Source of the DNA: an uncultured Gemmatimonadales bacterium
GTDB lineage: Bacteria; Gemmatimonadota; Gemmatimonadetes; Gemmatimonadales; Gemmatimonadaceae
Direction: 5' to 3'
Length of the DNA stretch: 64,000 nt
NCBI GenBank assembly: GCA_963701965.1
Contig: OY969695.1
Location: 3,648,001 to 3,712,000 of the forward strand
Shown here: positions 28,310 to 38,255 of the stretch, one piece after another
Layout of the letters: each line of letters opens with the position of its first letter
Numbering within the stretch: position 1 is the stretch's first letter
The notes under the pieces: model-generated
Databases searched by the model: none
The model's input: only the letters and a program-made list of their open reading frames with translations
Told to the model about the DNA's origin: nothing
Program-made: the position numbers and the translations under genes

Positions 28310-28750
28310 TCAGGCCGTCCGGAACGCTCCCGCCTGACCGTTCAGGGTCAGCGCGTATTCGACGGGTATGGCCGGATCGAGCGAGTCGCGCACCGAGCAG
28401 TACTTCGTGATCGCCAGCTCAATGGCGCGCTCCGCGTTCTCCCGGTCGACATCGGGCCCCTCGATCTGATAGTCGAGCCGGACGCGGGTGACGCGGGCCG
28501 GCACGCCGGCCGCCCGGTCGGCGGCCGCGTCGATCGTCAATGTGGCGGGCGGCGTGCGGCGTTTTTCCAGAATCCCGACCACATCGACCGCGGTGCAGGC
28601 GGCCAGCGCCGAGACCAGCGCATCGACCGGGCTTGGACCGGTCTCTCCCGATCCGTCGATCCGCGCGATCGGCCCTCCCGGCCGCCCCGCGTCAAATCGT
28701 TTGCCGCCGGCCCACGCCACGTGCACTCTCGCAGGAGGTTTATTCGTCAT
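28310..28750 (-). CDS. OsmC/YhfA family protein
   Basis: GPSPVDALVSALAACTAVDV and ITKYCSV cysteine motifs. Confidence 0.9.
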   Translation of the reverse strand: MTNKPPARVHVAWAGGKRFDAGRPGGPIARIDGSGETGPSPVDALVSALAACTAVDVVGILEKRRTPPATLTIDAAADRAAGVPARVTRVRLDYQIEGPDVDRENAERAIELAITKYCSVRDSLDPAIPVEYALTLNGQAGAFRTA

Positions 28751-28778
28751 GTCGAAACGTACCTGGTAGATTCCGGTC

Positions 28779-29114
28779 ATGCCCCGCCTCGATCCCTACA
28801 CGCGACACGTCCTGGTCTGCACCGGCGATTTCTGCTCGCCCGATCGCCGCGGCCGCGCGCTGTACGCCGAGTTGGCGCGGCTGCTGGAGCGCGAGGGCTT
28901 GCTGTTCGGACCGACGCGCGTGAAGCGGGGCGAGACACCGTGCCTCGGCGTCTGCGCCGGTGGACCGATCGTCGTCGTGTATCCCGAGGGCGTGTGGTAC
29001 GCCGGCGTCACGCCGGCGCTGCTGGATCGGATCGTCGTCGAGCATCTGAAGCACGGCCGCGTCGTGGAGGACGCAGTGTTTCACCGCCTCAGCGACGTTC
29101 CATCGCATCTCTGA
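28779..29114 (+). CDS. Thioredoxin-like [2Fe-2S] ferredoxin
   Basis: HVLVCTGDFC...CLGVCAGGPIVVVYPEGVWY. Confidence 0.9.
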   Translation: MPRLDPYTRHVLVCTGDFCSPDRRGRALYAELARLLEREGLLFGPTRVKRGETPCLGVCAGGPIVVVYPEGVWYAGVTPALLDRIVVEHLKHGRVVEDAVFHRLSDVPSHL

Positions 29115-29400
29115 TGTCGAGCAGGATCTCGAAGTAGAGCTGCTCGCGGCGATAGGCGAAGTCCAGCGTCGTCATCTGGGATTGGTCGCCGGATATCTTC
29201 GCGCGCTCGAACGCTTCGCGGTACATCTCGTCGAGATTGTTCAGAATCCGGTCGCGGGCTCGGGACATGTGAATTGGGGCGAGAGTGAGACGAGGGGGGA
29301 CGAACGGCGCCTCGGGGGCCGGCGTGGCCCGTTCGGCTACATCGAGAACCCGGCGCGCTGCCTCACGGAGAAACCCCCGGGGAGTCAGGGGATCAGACAT
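29089..29400 (-). CDS. Hypothetical protein
   Basis: 103-aa helical-looking ORF whose start overlaps the TerC-family gene end. Confidence 0.65.
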   Translation of the reverse strand: MSDPLTPRGFLREAARRVLDVAERATPAPEAPFVPPRLTLAPIHMSRARDRILNNLDEMYREAFERAKISGDQSQMTTLDFAYRREQLYFEILLDIRDAMERR

Positions 29401-30220
29401 TCCGTTGGCGGAATTTACGCGCTGAAATGGCGGTCGTCACCACGAGCGTGGCGATGACGAAGAGCAGCGTCGCCCCGGGCGGGACTTCGATGACCGACTC
29501 GAGCGCGATGGTGAGACCGACGAACACCAGGATGACCGCCAGGCCCTTGTCGAGATAGACGACTTTCTGGGTCGCGGACGCGAGGAGGACGTAGAGCGAC
29601 CGCAGACCGATCACGGCCAGGATGTTCGCCGTGTAGATGAGAAACGGGTCCCGCGTGACGGCGAACGCGGCCGGCACCGAATCCACCGCGAAGATGAGAT
29701 CGGCGGTTTCGATCAAGAGCAGCGTCGAGAGAAATGGCGACAGGCCGGGGAAGGCTTTCGCGGGCGCTTTGTGCTGGCGCCCGATGCCCATGCGGATCCC
29801 CGCCCAGATCAGGATCGCCGCGAACACGTAGGAGACCCAGTCGAGCCGGTCCAATAAGAGGGATCCCGTCAGGATGAACGCGCCGCGCATGATGACCGCG
29901 CCCAGCACGCCCCAGAGCAGCATGCGTCGTTGGTCCGGCTCGCTCACGTTCCGCGACGTGAAGATGAACAGCATGACGACGAGGTTGTCGACGCTGAGCG
30001 ACAGCTCCAGCAGGTAGCAGGTGATGAACGAGACCGCGGGCTGGGGGCCCCGGGTTTTCAGGAGCCACACGCCCATGGCCAACGCGAGGGTCACCCAGAC
30101 CGCGGTCCAGATGGCCGCCCGCCGGCGCCCGCCGGCGCCGGCGAAGGCCAAATCGAGTCCCAGCGCCGCGAGCACGACGCCATGAAAAGCGATCCACACC
30201 CACAACGGAACGCCCATCAC
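29393..30220 (-). CDS. TerC/Alx family membrane protein
   Basis: LELSLSVDNL, DLIFAVDSVPA, NILAVIGLRSLY; multiple TM segments. Confidence 0.92.
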   Translation of the reverse strand: MMGVPLWVWIAFHGVVLAALGLDLAFAGAGGRRRAAIWTAVWVTLALAMGVWLLKTRGPQPAVSFITCYLLELSLSVDNLVVMLFIFTSRNVSEPDQRRMLLWGVLGAVIMRGAFILTGSLLLDRLDWVSYVFAAILIWAGIRMGIGRQHKAPAKAFPGLSPFLSTLLLIETADLIFAVDSVPAAFAVTRDPFLIYTANILAVIGLRSLYVLLASATQKVVYLDKGLAVILVFVGLTIALESVIEVPPGATLLFVIATLVVTTAISARKFRQRNV

Positions 30221-30233
30221 GGCGGTCGCCTCC

Positions 30234-32354
30234 CTAGAACGTATTCAGCTCCTCGTACGCGCGGACGAAATCGCTGACTTGCGGCAGTGTCGCATCCTCG
30301 AGCCGAGGCGCGTATCCCACGAACGCATCGAGCGACGCGACGCGCTTGACCGGCGCGTCGAGCCACGCGAAGCACTCATCGGCGATCGCCGCCGCGATCT
30401 CGGCCCCGTACCCCCACGACACGGAGTCCTCATAAGCCACGATCACGCGCGATGTCTTCTTGACGGAGGCGAAGACCGTCTCCCGATCCCACGGCGACAA
30501 CGTGCGCAGGTCGATGACCTCGACATCGATCGGCCGCTCGGCGCGATCGGCGACGGTGTTGGCCGCCGTCAGCGCCCGCTGAACGGTGGCGCCATAGGTC
30601 ACCACCGTGATGTCCGCGCCCGCCCGAACGGTCCGCGCTTTGCCAAACGGGATCATGAAATTGGCGCCCGGCACGCGCCCCTTGTTGTACGTCTGCCGAT
30701 ACAGATGCTTGTGTTCCAGGAACATGACCGGGTCGTCGCAACGGATCGCCGTCCGGAGAAGGCCGTTGGCGTCGAGCGCCGACGACGGGCACACGACCCG
30801 CAACCCGGGGCAGTGCGTGAACAGCGACGCGCCGGTCTGCGAGTGATAGATGGCGCCGCGGATGTATCCACCGTAGGTCACGCGGACGACGACCGGGGCC
30901 GTGAACGCGTTGTTCGACCGCCACCGCATCGTCGCCAATTCATCGCGGAGCTGCATGTACGCGGGCCAGATGTAGTCGAAGAACTGGATCTCGACCACGG
31001 GCTTGAACCCGCGCCCCGCCAACCCGATCGCGCGGCCGATGATGTTGGCCTCGGCCAGTGGCGAGTTGTACACCCGATCTCCGCCGAACTCCCGCTGGAG
31101 TCCCCAGGTGACCTTGAACACGCCGCCCTTGCCTTTCACGGTCTCGAGGGCGTCCTCCCGGGTGGCATCGGCGACGTCTTCGCCGAAAATCAGAATGCGG
31201 GGATCGCGGCGCATCTCCTCGCGCATGCAGGCGTTCAGGAGATCGACCATCGTCGTTGGCTCGCCGGTCGCCTGCGGATCGTCTTCGGTATCGAACTGCT
31301 CGCCGGTGGGGTCGACGTCCGGCGAATACACGCCAAACAGCGCCGTCCCCGCCTCCGGCTGCGGCTGGGCCAGCGCGTCGTCGGTCGCCGCCTGAACTTC
31401 GGTGTCGGCCGCTTCGCGGACCCCGGCCAGCTCCTCCTCGGTCGCCAGCCCCTCAGCAATGAGCCACCGCGGGAACGTCGTCAGCGGATCGCGCTGCGCA
31501 TCGGCGTCCCGCTCGGCAGCCGGCCGGTACAGCTTCTCGTCATCGGACAGCGAGTGCGAGTAGGGCCGGATCACCGAGGCGTGCACCAGCGCCGGCCCCT
31601 TCCGCGCGCGCGTGTACGCGATGGCGCGTTGCATGGTGGCGTAGCTGGCGAGGAAATCGCAGCCATCGACCTCTTCGATGAAGAGACCGGGGAAGCCGCT
31701 GACCAGCTTGGAGATCGACCCGCCGGGCGTGTTGACCTCGACGGGGACGGAGATGGCGTACCCGTTGTCCTCGACGAGATAGATGACCGGCAGCTTGAGA
31801 TTACAGGCGGTGCTGAGCGACTCCCAGAACTCGCCTTCGCTCGTGGCGCCATCGCCGGTCGAGACGTACACGACTTCGTCGCGCGTGAACCCGTCACTAA
31901 TGTCTAGTCGTGAGGCGCGCAGCCACCCTTCGGCGCAACCGACGGCTTGCAGGAACTGCGTACCGGTCGGTGACGACGAGGAGACGATGTTGAGCGCCTT
32001 GGCGCCCCAGTGGCTCGGCATCTGGCGGCCGCCCGATGCCGGATCGACGGCGGCGCCGACGGCCTCGTACAGCATCTCGGCCGGCGTGACGCCCAGCGCC
32101 AGACAGAGAGCGCGATCGCGGTAATAGGGATAGAACCAATCAGACGCGGGGCGCAGGGCCATGCCGGCCGCGGCGCAGACGGCCTCGTGGCCGGCTCCCG
32201 AGATCTGAAAGAAGATCTTGTTCTGTCCTTTGAGTTGGATTTCTTTGTCGTCGAGGCGCCGCGAGATGTACATGGTACGGTACGCGGCGAGGAGTTGCTC
32301 GCGGTGGAGGCCGCCGGCGGCGGCGTCACGCTCAAGGTCGGTGTGCACAGCCAT
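30234..32354 (-). CDS. 2-oxoacid (probably branched-chain) dehydrogenase E1, fused alpha/beta
   Basis: [14 protein letters not shown] motif GDGATSEG...[34 protein letters not shown]. Confidence 0.93.
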   Translation of the reverse strand: MAVHTDLERDAAAGGLHREQLLAAYRTMYISRRLDDKEIQLKGQNKIFFQISGAGHEAVCAAAGMALRPASDWFYPYYRDRALCLALGVTPAEMLYEAVGAAVDPASGGRQMPSHWGAKALNIVSSSSPTGTQFLQAVGCAEGWLRASRLDISDGFTRDEVVYVSTGDGATSEGEFWESLSTACNLKLPVIYLVEDNGYAISVPVEVNTPGGSISKLVSGFPGLFIEEVDGCDFLASYATMQRAIAYTRARKGPALVHASVIRPYSHSLSDDEKLYRPAAERDADAQRDPLTTFPRWLIAEGLATEEELAGVREAADTEVQAATDDALAQPQPEAGTALFGVYSPDVDPTGEQFDTEDDPQATGEPTTMVDLLNACMREEMRRDPRILIFGEDVADATREDALETVKGKGGVFKVTWGLQREFGGDRVYNSPLAEANIIGRAIGLAGRGFKPVVEIQFFDYIWPAYMQLRDELATMRWRSNNAFTAPVVVRVTYGGYIRGAIYHSQTGASLFTHCPGLRVVCPSSALDANGLLRTAIRCDDPVMFLEHKHLYRQTYNKGRVPGANFMIPFGKARTVRAGADITVVTYGATVQRALTAANTVADRAERPIDVEVIDLRTLSPWDRETVFASVKKTSRVIVAYEDSVSWGYGAEIAAAIADECFAWLDAPVKRVASLDAFVGYAPRLEDATLPQVSDFVRAYEELNTF

Positions 32355-32448
32355 GGGGGAAAAAGATAGTCGCGCTGGCGATTTCTTGACAGCCAAGCGC
32401 CCGTTCTCGACATTGTCTTGGGTACCGACTGACGGAGCGGGCCCTCCC

Positions 32449-32916
32449 ATGACCAAACCCAACGCGCACTGCATATTCTGCGACCTCATCCGAGGGGCCG
32501 CGGAGGTATCCATCTGTTACGAGGACGCGACGGCGCTGGCGTTCATGGACATCCAGCCCGTGAACGCGGGACATGTGCTCGTGGTGCCCAAGGCGCACTA
32601 TGAGACGCTCCATGACGTGCCGCACAATGTGGCCATGCATCTGTTCGACGTCGCCATGCGCATCGCGCCGGTCATCCGCCGGGTCTCGAACTCCCACGAC
32701 ATGAACATCGTCGTGAACAGTGGCGCGGCCGCCGGGCAGAACATCTTTCACTACCATGTCCATTTGATCCCGCGACTCGTGGGTGATGGGTTCGACATCC
32801 CGCTGCCCTTCGACCATTCGCTCATGCCCGATCGCACGCTGCTCGATGCCATGGCCGTCCGCATCATTACCGCGCTCCGGGATCCGGTGCGGGGCGATCC
32901 GGTGCGCGTAGCTTGA
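32449..32916 (+). CDS. HIT family hydrolase
   Basis: [29 protein letters not shown]. Confidence 0.93.
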   Translation: MTKPNAHCIFCDLIRGAAEVSICYEDATALAFMDIQPVNAGHVLVVPKAHYETLHDVPHNVAMHLFDVAMRIAPVIRRVSNSHDMNIVVNSGAAAGQNIFHYHVHLIPRLVGDGFDIPLPFDHSLMPDRTLLDAMAVRIITALRDPVRGDPVRVA

Positions 32917-33377
32917 CGACGGACGTGAGACCGGAAAAGGATCCCGCCGTCACGCTGTGGGCAGCGCTCGCCGATGCGCATGCCGCGCTCTCGGCGCGCG
33001 CCTCGGCGGACGCGGCCCGCCATGGCTTCAGCCTCGCCGAGTTGGCGGTCCTCGGCGTCCTCCGCCAGCGCGGGCCGCTCCTGCTCGGCGAGTTGCAGCG
33101 CCATGTGTTCGTCTCCAGCGGCGGCGCCACGTTCCTCGTCGACCGGCTGGAGGCGAAAGGGCTGGTGCGCCGGCGGAGCTGCGAGGACGACCGGCGCGCC
33201 ACGTACGCGACACTGACGGCGAAAGGCACGCGCCTCCTGCAGCGCATCCTGCCGAAGCACATTGATATCATTCGGCAAGCGACCAAAGGCCTCTCCGCCC
33301 GCCGCCAACGCGCCGCCACGGCCCTACTGCGCGATCTCGTCGCGCACGCCAACGGCGCCCACGACCGCGACGACTAA
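32913..33377 (+). CDS. MarR family transcriptional regulator
   Basis: TFLVDRLEAKGLVRR...DDRR...LTAKG; overlaps the HIT stop. Confidence 0.9.
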   Translation: MTTDVRPEKDPAVTLWAALADAHAALSARASADAARHGFSLAELAVLGVLRQRGPLLLGELQRHVFVSSGGATFLVDRLEAKGLVRRRSCEDDRRATYATLTAKGTRLLQRILPKHIDIIRQATKGLSARRQRAATALLRDLVAHANGAHDRDD

Positions 33378-33400
33378 CTGCTTGACGGTCTGTGCAGCCT

Positions 33401-33612
33401 ACGCGGCGGCTTGGCCGCCCGGCGTTGTCCAACCGACCGGATTACGAGAAACGCGAAGCGATTGCGACGCGGCGGCTTGGCCGCCCGCGTTGTCCAACCG
33501 ACAGGATTACGAGAAACGCGAAGCGATTTCGACGCGGCGGCTTCGCCGCCCGCGTTGTCCAACCGACCGGATTACTAGAAACGCGAAGCGTTTCCTAGTA
33601 ATCCACGGGTCG
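33401..33612. repeat. Three tandem 65-bp units of a hairpin-TGTCCAACCGAC-hairpin element
   Basis: Cores at 33426, 33491 and 33556; units nearly identical; the last hairpin overlaps the nadE stop codon. Confidence 0.9.
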
Positions 33613-35391
33613 TAGATACGATTCGCCGATCGCGGTCGGACTGATCAGCGCGACCGTCGAAAGCCGCCGCTTCCAGTGCGTGCCCGAGAGCCGATCGTAC
33701 ACGAGATCGACGTCGGCGCGCGCAAACCCTCGCGCCACCAAATCCGCGGGCGCATATCCCGCCAGCAGCCAATTGAGAATCGCATCGGCTTTGGCATAGC
33801 TGATGCCAAAGTCGGCTTCGTCCGTCTGCCCGCGAATGAGATCGGCCGAGGCGGGCTTCTCGACGATGACCGCCGGCACGCCGAGATGCCGCGCCAGCGC
33901 CCAGACCTGCGTCTTGTACAGATCGCCGAGCGCATTGACCGGCGGCGAGTCGTCCGCGTGCCACGTGAAGTACCCGAACAAGCGCTCCGTCTTGTTCCCG
34001 GTACCCAACGGCAGCGCCGCATATCGCGCCGAGAGATCGAACAGCACGATCATCCGCTGGCGCGCCATGACGTTGCCCCGGCGCGCCGCGTCCGCGTCCG
34101 GCTCGCCCGCCAGGTAGGCGTCGACCGCCGGCGAGATGTCGACCGTGCGCGACTCAATGCCGAGCGCGTCGATCACCATCTGCGCATGGACGAGACTCTC
34201 GGGATTCGACGTGCGATACGGCATGCGCACGCCGATGACGTTCTTGGGCCCCAGCGCGCGCGCCGCCAGATACGCCGTCACCGCCGAGTCGACGCCTCCA
34301 GATAACCCAATGACGGCCTTGTCGAACCCCCGGCGCGCCAACTCATCGCGCAGGAACGTCCCCAGCCACTGCTCCAGCAGCGGCCCGTCGATCTCGAGCG
34401 GAGCCGGTCCGCCGCCCGCCTGCTTCGCGTCGCACGCCGGCGGCGCCGCCTCGTCATAGGCCACGGGCGCCGGCGCGGCCGCGCCATTGGCCACGCGGGC
34501 CAGCGCGTCCTGCAGAAACGGCAACGCCGTGCGGAGGTCGGACAGGAGCGGCGTTTCGACCCGGGCCCGCGCAATGTCCGCGAGATCGATCGTCTCGGCG
34601 ATCACCGCCGGCGCGAACAGCGGCGCCCGGGCCCGCACATCGCCGCCCGGCCCCACCAGCACCGAATCGCCGGCGAATGCCTTGCCGCCCTCCATGCCCA
34701 CCAAATTCGTAAACGAAACAAAAACCCCGTGTTCCTCCGCCGTGCCGCGGACCAACCGTTCCCACCGCGCGACCGTCGCCGGCCCCGGGATCCCGTCATC
34801 GCGCGGCCAGGTCCCGCGCGCCGGCGCGGCCGCCGAGACAAACAGCACCTCCGCGCCGTCGAGCGCGAGGATCGTCGCGGGGAGCGCGTGCCACAGGTCT
34901 TCGCAGACCAGAATCCCCGCCCGTCCCCACGGCGTGTCGAACGCCCGCACATCGTGCCCCCGCTCGACGAATCGCTCCTCGTCGAACAACCCGTAGGTCG
35001 GCAAGAACGTCTTCCGGTGCACGTGGCGGATGACCGGCGCGATCGCCGGATCGCCGCCCAGCGTTGCGTACATGGCGCTGTTGTACAAAGTGTTCTGCCA
35101 CCGCTCGTAAAATCCGATGACCACGTCGAGCGGGATCGCCGGATCGGCGACCGCCCGGATGTACACCCGCTGCAGGTCGGCGGCCAGCGCTCCGGCCGGC
35201 AGCGCCACGTCCTGGGTCCCGCCCTCGAGGAAGTAGCCGGTCAATGCCGTCTCGGGGAGATGCAGCACGTGGGGCCGCGGCCCCGTGGCCCCCAGGCGGC
35301 CGAACAACTGGCCCAGTTGCGCGAGATTCGCGGCGTAGTCTGCCTTGCGGGGGGAGAGCTGCCCGATGGCGACGTGCAGGACCGGCGGCAT
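33595..35391 (-). CDS. nadE: Glutamine-dependent NAD+ synthetase
   Basis: Nitrilase domain (LPE, RKTFLP, VCEDLW) plus GLSGGVDS, NVMARQRM, GTGNKTE, KPASADL. Confidence 0.95.
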   Translation of the reverse strand: MPPVLHVAIGQLSPRKADYAANLAQLGQLFGRLGATGPRPHVLHLPETALTGYFLEGGTQDVALPAGALAADLQRVYIRAVADPAIPLDVVIGFYERWQNTLYNSAMYATLGGDPAIAPVIRHVHRKTFLPTYGLFDEERFVERGHDVRAFDTPWGRAGILVCEDLWHALPATILALDGAEVLFVSAAAPARGTWPRDDGIPGPATVARWERLVRGTAEEHGVFVSFTNLVGMEGGKAFAGDSVLVGPGGDVRARAPLFAPAVIAETIDLADIARARVETPLLSDLRTALPFLQDALARVANGAAAPAPVAYDEAAPPACDAKQAGGGPAPLEIDGPLLEQWLGTFLRDELARRGFDKAVIGLSGGVDSAVTAYLAARALGPKNVIGVRMPYRTSNPESLVHAQMVIDALGIESRTVDISPAVDAYLAGEPDADAARRGNVMARQRMIVLFDLSARYAALPLGTGNKTERLFGYFTWHADDSPPVNALGDLYKTQVWALARHLGVPAVIVEKPASADLIRGQTDEADFGISYAKADAILNWLLAGYAPADLVARGFARADVDLVYDRLSGTHWKRRLSTVALISPTAIGESYLRPVDY

Positions 35392-35400
35392 AATTTAAAT

Positions 35401-37413
35401 ATGCACCCGACGGATGCCCTTCGGTTGGCTGTAGCGATCGCCGTGCTTGCGGGGCCGGTGCCGGCGCAGCAGTCGGCCGGCTCTGGCCCGCCCTGGCAGA
35501 TCGTCGACCCCCCGCAGTCGTCGCTCGTCTACGCCCGCGACGGGAGCGTGATCGGCGAGCTCGGACGCCAGGTCCGCACGAGCGTGCCCCTGGCATCGCT
35601 ACCGGCCTACGTGCCCCAGGCATTCGTCGCGGTCGAAGACCGCCGATTCTACCAGCACGACGGCGTCGATCTGGGTGGGATCCTGGGCGTGCTCAAGGAT
35701 GCGCTCAAGGGGCACGCCAGGGGCGGTAGCACCATCACCATGCAGCTCGTGGGCAACATGCATCCCGACGTCGTGAGCCGTCGCGACCGGAGCGTGGACC
35801 GCAAGCTCCGCGAGCAGGCCGCGGCCCGGGAGATGGAGCGGCACTACTCGAAGCAACAGATCCTCGAGGCGTATCTCAACGACATCGAGCTGGGGCACGG
35901 GTGGTACGGGATCGACGCCGCCGCGCGGCACTACTTCGGCGTCGATGCCGCGCACCTGTCTCTGGCCCAGGCGGCGACCCTGGCGGCGCTGCCCAAGAGC
36001 CCTCCCCAGTACGACCCCATTCGGCATCCCGATCGGGCCAAAGGGCGGCGCGATCTCGTGTTGGCGCTCATGGCCCAACAAGGGCTCGTGCCGGCGGCGG
36101 ACGCCCAGCGGGCCAAACAGCAGCCGGTGGTCACGAACCCCAATGTGCATGGCGTCGCGCCCTATTTCGTCGACGCGGTGCGCGCCGCCGCGGAGAAAAT
36201 GGGCATCCCCGTGGCCGCGGGAGGGTACCGGGTGTTCACCACGCTCGACCCGGGCCTCCAGCGCGCCGCCGTCGCGGCGCTACGCGACGGCGCGGGGGCC
36301 GTCGAGCGCCGACCCGGGTACAAGAACCCGCGTTACGGGGCGCCGGGCGTCCGCGCCGGGGAATACCTGCAAGGGCTGGTGGTGTCGCTCGATCCGGCGA
36401 CGGGTGAGGTGCGGTCGCTGGTCGGCGGCCGCGACTACCAAGACTCGCCGTACGATCGGGCGCTCTCGGCGATTCGACAGCCTGGCTCGGCGTTCAAGCC
36501 GATCGTCTACGCGACCGCCATCGCTGATAGCATTCCCGCCAACGCCACGGTGTACGACACGGCGCTGGCGATCCCGCTCCCGGACGGGTCAGTGTATCGA
36601 CCCGACAATGCCGACCACCAGTTCCTGGGGCCAATGACATTGCGCGACGCCCTGGCCCGGTCGCGGAACGCGGTCGCCGTGCAGATCGGCCAACGCGTCG
36701 GGATCGACTCGATCGGCGCGCTGGCCGCGCGGCTCGGCCTCACCACACCGATCGCCCCGTATCCCGCGTCGGCGATTGGCGCCTCCGAGATCCGGCCGAT
36801 CGAGCTCGTGGCCGCGTATGCGGCGTTCGCCAATGGGGGCATCGCCATCACGCCGCGGCTCATCGCGCACATCGACGACCGCGCGGGGCGTCTGGTGTGG
36901 GCCGGCGACGGCGGACCGGGAGCGCCCGCGATCGACTCGGGCGTGGCGTTCATCGTCCGCGACATGATGCGCGACGTCATCGATCGGGGCACCGCGGCTG
37001 GCGTGCGGCGCCTCATCGGGACCGCCTTGCCCGCGGCCGGCAAGACGGGGACGACCAACGACGATAGCGACGTGTGGTTCGTCGGCTTGACCCCCGACCT
37101 CGTGACTGGTGTCTGGCTGGGGTTCGACACCCCGCGGCCGATTGCGCCCGGCGCCGCCGGCGGCGCGTTCGCCGCGCCGATCTGGGGGCGCCTCATGGCC
37201 CAGTACTACGCCGCCGGCCGCCCGGTCGGCGAGTGGACGCCGCCCACCACCCTCGTCACCGCCGAGCTGGATCGGCGCTCGGGCGCGCTGGCCGATGCCA
37301 ACACGCCGCCCGACCAGCGCTATACCGAGTACTTCCTGCCCGGCACCGAGCCCCTCGAGCTCCGCTTCGATCCGCGGAGCATCTTCTCCGGCGGCGGCAT
37401 CCCGGTGAGCTGA
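35401..37413 (+). CDS. Class A penicillin-binding protein (PBP1A family)
   Basis: EDRRFYQHDG, GGSTITMQL, RQPGSAFKP (SxxK), SRN, KTG. Confidence 0.93.
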   Translation: MHPTDALRLAVAIAVLAGPVPAQQSAGSGPPWQIVDPPQSSLVYARDGSVIGELGRQVRTSVPLASLPAYVPQAFVAVEDRRFYQHDGVDLGGILGVLKDALKGHARGGSTITMQLVGNMHPDVVSRRDRSVDRKLREQAAAREMERHYSKQQILEAYLNDIELGHGWYGIDAAARHYFGVDAAHLSLAQAATLAALPKSPPQYDPIRHPDRAKGRRDLVLALMAQQGLVPAADAQRAKQQPVVTNPNVHGVAPYFVDAVRAAAEKMGIPVAAGGYRVFTTLDPGLQRAAVAALRDGAGAVERRPGYKNPRYGAPGVRAGEYLQGLVVSLDPATGEVRSLVGGRDYQDSPYDRALSAIRQPGSAFKPIVYATAIADSIPANATVYDTALAIPLPDGSVYRPDNADHQFLGPMTLRDALARSRNAVAVQIGQRVGIDSIGALAARLGLTTPIAPYPASAIGASEIRPIELVAAYAAFANGGIAITPRLIAHIDDRAGRLVWAGDGGPGAPAIDSGVAFIVRDMMRDVIDRGTAAGVRRLIGTALPAAGKTGTTNDDSDVWFVGLTPDLVTGVWLGFDTPRPIAPGAAGGAFAAPIWGRLMAQYYAAGRPVGEWTPPTTLVTAELDRRSGALADANTPPDQRYTEYFLPGTEPLELRFDPRSIFSGGGIPVS

Positions 37414-37473
37414 TCATCGGGGGTAATATCGCCCTCGCTCGGCCGCCGCGATCTTGGTAAGTTGCCGACCCTC

Positions 37474-38130
37474 ATGGCGCGTCGATTTATTTTCGCTGAC
37501 GAGTGCGGGAACTTCGACTTCTCGCGTACGAGAGGAGCGTCCGCGTTCTTCATTCTCGTGACGTTGTGCGCCGATGACTGTGCCGTCGGCGATGCCCTGT
37601 TGACACTACGCCGCGCGCTCGCATGGGAGGGAGTCGGACTCGGGAACGAATTCCATGCGTCGACGGATGCGCAAGCGGTGCGCGACCGGGTGTTCGCGAT
37701 CATCACGCCGTACGATTTTCGAATCGACGCCACGCTCCTCGAGAAGGCGAAGGCTCAGCCGGAGATTCGACAAACCCAAGAGCGGTTCTACCAGACCGCG
37801 TGGTACTTGCACATGAAGTATCTGGCGCCGAGGCTGGTTTGCGCGGATGACGAGCTCCTCGTCGTCGGAGCTTCTCTCGGTACTAGGAACAAGCGGGCCA
37901 CGTTCCATGCCGCAGTCGATAGTGTCATTCGGCAGGTATCTCCCACGGCGTCGCATCGAGTGGCCAGTTGGGATGCCGCGAGTGACCCATGCCTACAGGT
38001 GGCTGATTACTGCGCCTGGGCAATTCAACGCAAGTGGGAGACAGGGGACACGCGGTCCTACGCCTTGGTCAGTCCCAAGATCCACACGGAATTTTCCCCG
38101 TTTGCGTCGGGGCTGATTCGCTACTACTAG
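37474..38130 (+). CDS. DUF3800 family protein
   Basis: N-terminal FADECG (DE motif) and C-terminal LQVADY (QxxD); codon usage less GC-skewed than neighbours. Confidence 0.85.
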   Translation: MARRFIFADECGNFDFSRTRGASAFFILVTLCADDCAVGDALLTLRRALAWEGVGLGNEFHASTDAQAVRDRVFAIITPYDFRIDATLLEKAKAQPEIRQTQERFYQTAWYLHMKYLAPRLVCADDELLVVGASLGTRNKRATFHAAVDSVIRQVSPTASHRVASWDAASDPCLQVADYCAWAIQRKWETGDTRSYALVSPKIHTEFSPFASGLIRYY

Positions 38131-38138
38131 AAACACAG

Positions 38139-38193
38139 GCGGCTGACTAGCCAGGGATCCTGGCAGAGCCCAGGGGCTCTTGTCGTCAGCCGC
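38139..38193. ncRNA. Structured RNA candidate immediately downstream of DUF3800 (DUF3800-motif-like)
   Basis: Outer stem GCGGCTGAC/GTCAGCCGC enclosing GCCAGG/CCTGGC and AGAGCC/GGCTCT stems, with a possible CCTGG/CCAGG pseudoknot. Confidence 0.6.
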
Positions 38194-38255
38194 GCAAAAA
38201 CCTGCTCTACTGTGTTCTGTTGCCCAATCTAACGACTCTAGGCGCCGCTAGAAAG

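Noticed and set aside
33401..33612. CRISPR array (65-bp periodicity)
   Set aside because: Whole units repeat with no unique spacers, and no cas genes are in the window
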